In this document: positions 22,091-24,000 of the stretch, piece by piece | How positions within the stretch are numbered: the stretch's first letter is position 1 | Layout of the letters: every line of letters begins with the position of its first letter | Assembly: GCA_038317685.1 (NCBI GenBank) | Contig: JBBQBQ010000005.1 | Location: 6,984-30,983 of the forward strand | Length of the DNA stretch: 24,000 nucleotides | DNA from: Desulfuromonadales bacterium | Lineage (GTDB): Bacteria; Desulfobacterota; Desulfuromonadia; Desulfuromonadales; DDH964 | Direction of reading: 5' to 3' | The notes under the pieces: generated by a model | What the model was told of the DNA's origin: nothing | Seen by the model: the letters and a program-made list of their open reading frames with translations, nothing else | Database searches by the model: none | Translations under genes and position numbers: made by a program

Positions 22091-23155
22091 TCAAAGGAGC
22101 CGGCCGCCGGTTTTTTTGAGTTCGGCGTGGGCGTGGCGCAGCATCCGTTCGGTGGTGGCCCAGTCGACGCATTTGTCGGTGATCGATACCCCGTATTTGA
22201 GGTCGGCCAGATGCTGCTGGATCGGTTGGTTGCCGGCTTCGAGGTTGCTCTCGATCATCACCGATGAGATCGAACGATTGCCGGCGCTGAGCTGTTGCAG
22301 CACGTTGCCCAGAACCTCTTCCTGGCGCTCATGATTCTTGTAGGAATTGGCGTGGCTGCAGTCGACCATGATGGCATTGTTGAGCCCGGCCTTGGCGAGG
22401 AGGTCCTCGGTGCGGCGAATGTCTTCGGGGAAGTAGTTGGGGCTGTCGTTGCCGCCGCGCAGGACGATGTGGACGTCGAGGTTGCCGGTCGTCTGGACGA
22501 TGGCATTGAGGCCTTCGTTGTTGATGCCGAGGAAGTTGTGGGGGTGGCGGGCGGCGCCCATGGCGTCGATGGCGATCTGCAGGTTGCCGTCGGTGCCGTT
22601 CTTGAAGCCGACCGGAAAGGAGAGGCCGCTGGCCATCTCCCGATGGGTCTGGGATTCGGTGGTGCGGGCGCCGATGGCCCCCCAGCTGACCAGATCGGCG
22701 AGAAACTGCGGGGTGATCGGGTCGAGCATTTCGCCGGCGACCGGCAGGCCGAGGTCGGTGATGGCGCAGAGCAGGCCGCGGGCCACGCCGAGCCCTTTGG
22801 AGATCTGATGGCTGCCGTTCAGGTCCGGGTCGTTGATCAGGCCTTTCCAGCCGATGGTGGTCCGCGGTTTTTCGAAATAGACGCGCATCACCAGCAGCAG
22901 CTGATCCTGCAACTCCTGGCCGAGGGCGGTGAGGCGCCGGGCATAGTCGAGGGCGGCGCGGGGGTCGTGAATCGAGCAGGGCCCAACCACGACCATCAGT
23001 CGCCGGTCCCGCCGGTGCAGGATGTCGACCACCGCCTGGCGGGCGTTGTAGACGTTCTCGGCACCGGATTCAGAGAGGGGGAAGACCTGTTTCAGGTCGG
23101 CGGGGGCGATGACCGGAGTGAGCCCCCGGATCCGTAGATTGTTGGTCCGTTTCAT
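22091..23155 (-). CDS. 3-deoxy-7-phosphoheptulonate (DAHP) synthase, class I (AroF/G/H type)
   Basis: RLMVVVGPCSIHD, VMRVYFEKPRTTIGWKGLINDP, WGAIGARTTESQTHREMASGLS.PVGFKNGTDG and MVDCSHANS are hallmark class I DAHPS blocks. Confidence 0.95.
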   Translation of the reverse strand: MKRTNNLRIRGLTPVIAPADLKQVFPLSESGAENVYNARQAVVDILHRRDRRLMVVVGPCSIHDPRAALDYARRLTALGQELQDQLLLVMRVYFEKPRTTIGWKGLINDPDLNGSHQISKGLGVARGLLCAITDLGLPVAGEMLDPITPQFLADLVSWGAIGARTTESQTHREMASGLSFPVGFKNGTDGNLQIAIDAMGAARHPHNFLGINNEGLNAIVQTTGNLDVHIVLRGGNDSPNYFPEDIRRTEDLLAKAGLNNAIMVDCSHANSYKNHERQEEVLGNVLQQLSAGNRSISSVMIESNLEAGNQPIQQHLADLKYGVSITDKCVDWATTERMLRHAHAELKKTGGRLL

Positions 23156-23227
23156 CGATCGATCCTCGTTTCGCGTGATGTGGGGACAACCGCCGCCGAG
23201 TGCGGGCGGCAGCTTCCTCCGGCCGGT

Positions 23228-23256
23228 ACTCTAGCGGTTTTCCCGGGGAAAGTCAA
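23228..23256 (-). promoter_or_regulatory. Candidate sigma70 promoter for the DAHP synthase gene (TTGACT-17-TAGAGT)
   Basis: On the minus strand, TTGACT is the complement of 23251-23256 and TAGAGT the complement of 23228-23233, with a 17-nt spacer. About 70 nt upstream of the ATG at 23155. Confidence 0.5.
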
Positions 23257-23290
23257 AACCCCCGACACCTCTCTGGGATCGGGAAAGGGT

Positions 23291-23320
23291 TTGACACTGC
23301 GCCGGTCGATCAGCTATAAA
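23291..23320 (+). promoter_or_regulatory. Candidate sigma70 promoter for yggT-divIVA (TTGACA-18-TATAAA)
   Basis: TTGACA at 23291-23296 and TATAAA at 23315-23320. About 55 nt upstream of the ATG at 23376. Confidence 0.55.
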
Positions 23321-23375
23321 CTTAGCTTCAATGCGGCCTTGGGGCTCTTCCTCACGGCGCGTGAACGAGGTAGCC

Positions 23376-23663
23376 ATGAATATCCTGCTTGGAACCCTGG
23401 CCGAGGTCATCGACCTCGTGATCCAGATTTACACCTATATCGTCATTGCCCGCGCCATCGTCTCCTGGGTCAACCCCGATCCTTACAATCCCATCGTCCG
23501 TTTCCTGTACCAGGCGACCGAACCGGTCCTGGTCCGCATCCGCCGGATGATCCCTTCCGTCTTCGGCGGTTTCGACCTTTCCCCGATCATCCTTTTGGTT
23601 GGTCTCACCCTGCTGCGTCGACTGCTCCTCGCCCTGCTGCAGCAAGCCGCCTTCCATCTGTAA
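23376..23663 (+). CDS. yggT: YggT-family membrane protein
   Basis: GAGG 5 nt upstream of the ATG at 23376. IYTYIVIARAIVSWVNPDPYNPIVRFLYQATEPVLVRIRRMIP.....DLSPIILLVGL is the classic YggT repeat sequence. Confidence 0.85.
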   Translation: MNILLGTLAEVIDLVIQIYTYIVIARAIVSWVNPDPYNPIVRFLYQATEPVLVRIRRMIPSVFGGFDLSPIILLVGLTLLRRLLLALLQQAAFHL

Positions 23664-23673
23664 CGAGGTGCCC

Positions 23674-24000
23674 ATGCGCATCACCCCCATCGACATCCAG
23701 CAGTACCAGTTCAAGACCCGCCCTTTTGGCTACGAGAAGGCCGGGGTCGATCACTTCCTGGAGTTGATCTCCGATGAGATGGAGCGACTGATGCGCCAGC
23801 ACCAGGAGTTCAAGGAAGAGCTGGCCCGGACCCGGGCCTCCCTGGATGAGATGCGCCAGCGGGAAGCGATGCTCAAGGAGACGCTGGTGACGACGCAGCG
23901 GGTCACCGACGAGCTGAAGGCCAACGCGCGCCGGGAGGCGGAGATCGTTGCCGCCGAGGCGGAGCTGCGCGCGGAACGGGTGGTGCGCGACGCCGAGGAC
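23674..24000 (+). CDS. divIVA: DivIVA-domain protein, 3'-truncated by the window edge
   Basis: Not in the ORF track because no stop falls in the window. GAGG 5 nt upstream of the ATG at 23674. MRITPIDIQQYQFKTRPFGYEKAGVDHFLELISDEMERL is the canonical DivIVA N-terminus, followed by a coiled coil. Confidence 0.85.
   Translation, partial: MRITPIDIQQYQFKTRPFGYEKAGVDHFLELISDEMERLMRQHQEFKEELARTRASLDEMRQREAMLKETLVTTQRVTDELKANARREAEIVAAEAELRAERVVRDAED

Noticed and set aside
22096-22120. Plus-strand terminator-like element agccggccgccggttttttt
   Set aside because: It lies inside the 3' end of the DAHP synthase CDS on the other strand (encoding KKTGGRLL). The stem is only about 4 bp, and there is no plus-strand gene upstream to terminate.

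Overview
GC-rich bacterial chromosomal window. Gene content suggests a Desulfuromonadales/Geobacter-like deltaproteobacterium, but that is inference only. No rRNA, tRNA, CRISPR array, transposase or integrase was recognised.

Layout:
- 1-12.2 kb: envelope-stress and efflux supercluster. It holds the 3' end of an RND pump gene, a TolC-family gene, a four-module Big_2 lipoprotein and a small beta-barrel OMP. A convergent BaeS/BaeR-like two-component pair follows, then a secreted SH3 protein with a Spy/CpxP-like chaperone, and a TolC-MacA-MacB(ATPase)-MacB(permease) operon joined by 4-nt overlaps.
- 12.5-16.1 kb: patchwork segment. It holds an orphan PstS-like binding protein, a 139-bp direct repeat that is a frameshifted internal fragment of a nearby secreted-protein gene, an N-terminal-only GST, and a Methyltransf_32-like ORF.
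- 16.1-19.8 kb: LysE-family exporter, YciH/SUI1 translationally coupled to a REC-GGDEF response regulator, a small HTH protein, and L-2-hydroxyglutarate oxidase.
- 19.8-23.2 kb (minus strand): class I DAHP synthase, then hgcA and hgcB, then a YkgJ-type CxxCxxCC protein.
- 23.3-24.0 kb: yggT and a 3'-truncated divIVA.

Main points:
- hgcA carries the cap-helix motif NVWCAAGK. hgcB carries two 4Fe-4S motifs including CMECGAC. This is the known mercury-methylation gene pair.
- The least expected observation is a 25-codon ORF upstream of hgcA and in its reading frame. It has an ATG and a GGAG Shine-Dalgarno, and it ends at an in-frame TGA followed by a hairpin. Read-through would give a C-[TGA]-P-P motif that mirrors the C-C-P-P motif 34 residues further on. 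This fits either a selenocysteine-containing N-terminal extension or a regulatory leader peptide.
- Three 11-bp-phased direct repeats lie in the divergent baeS / SH3-spy promoter region and are a candidate OmpR-family operator.

Many long ORFs in the supplied track are antisense or alternate-frame artefacts of high GC content and were rejected.
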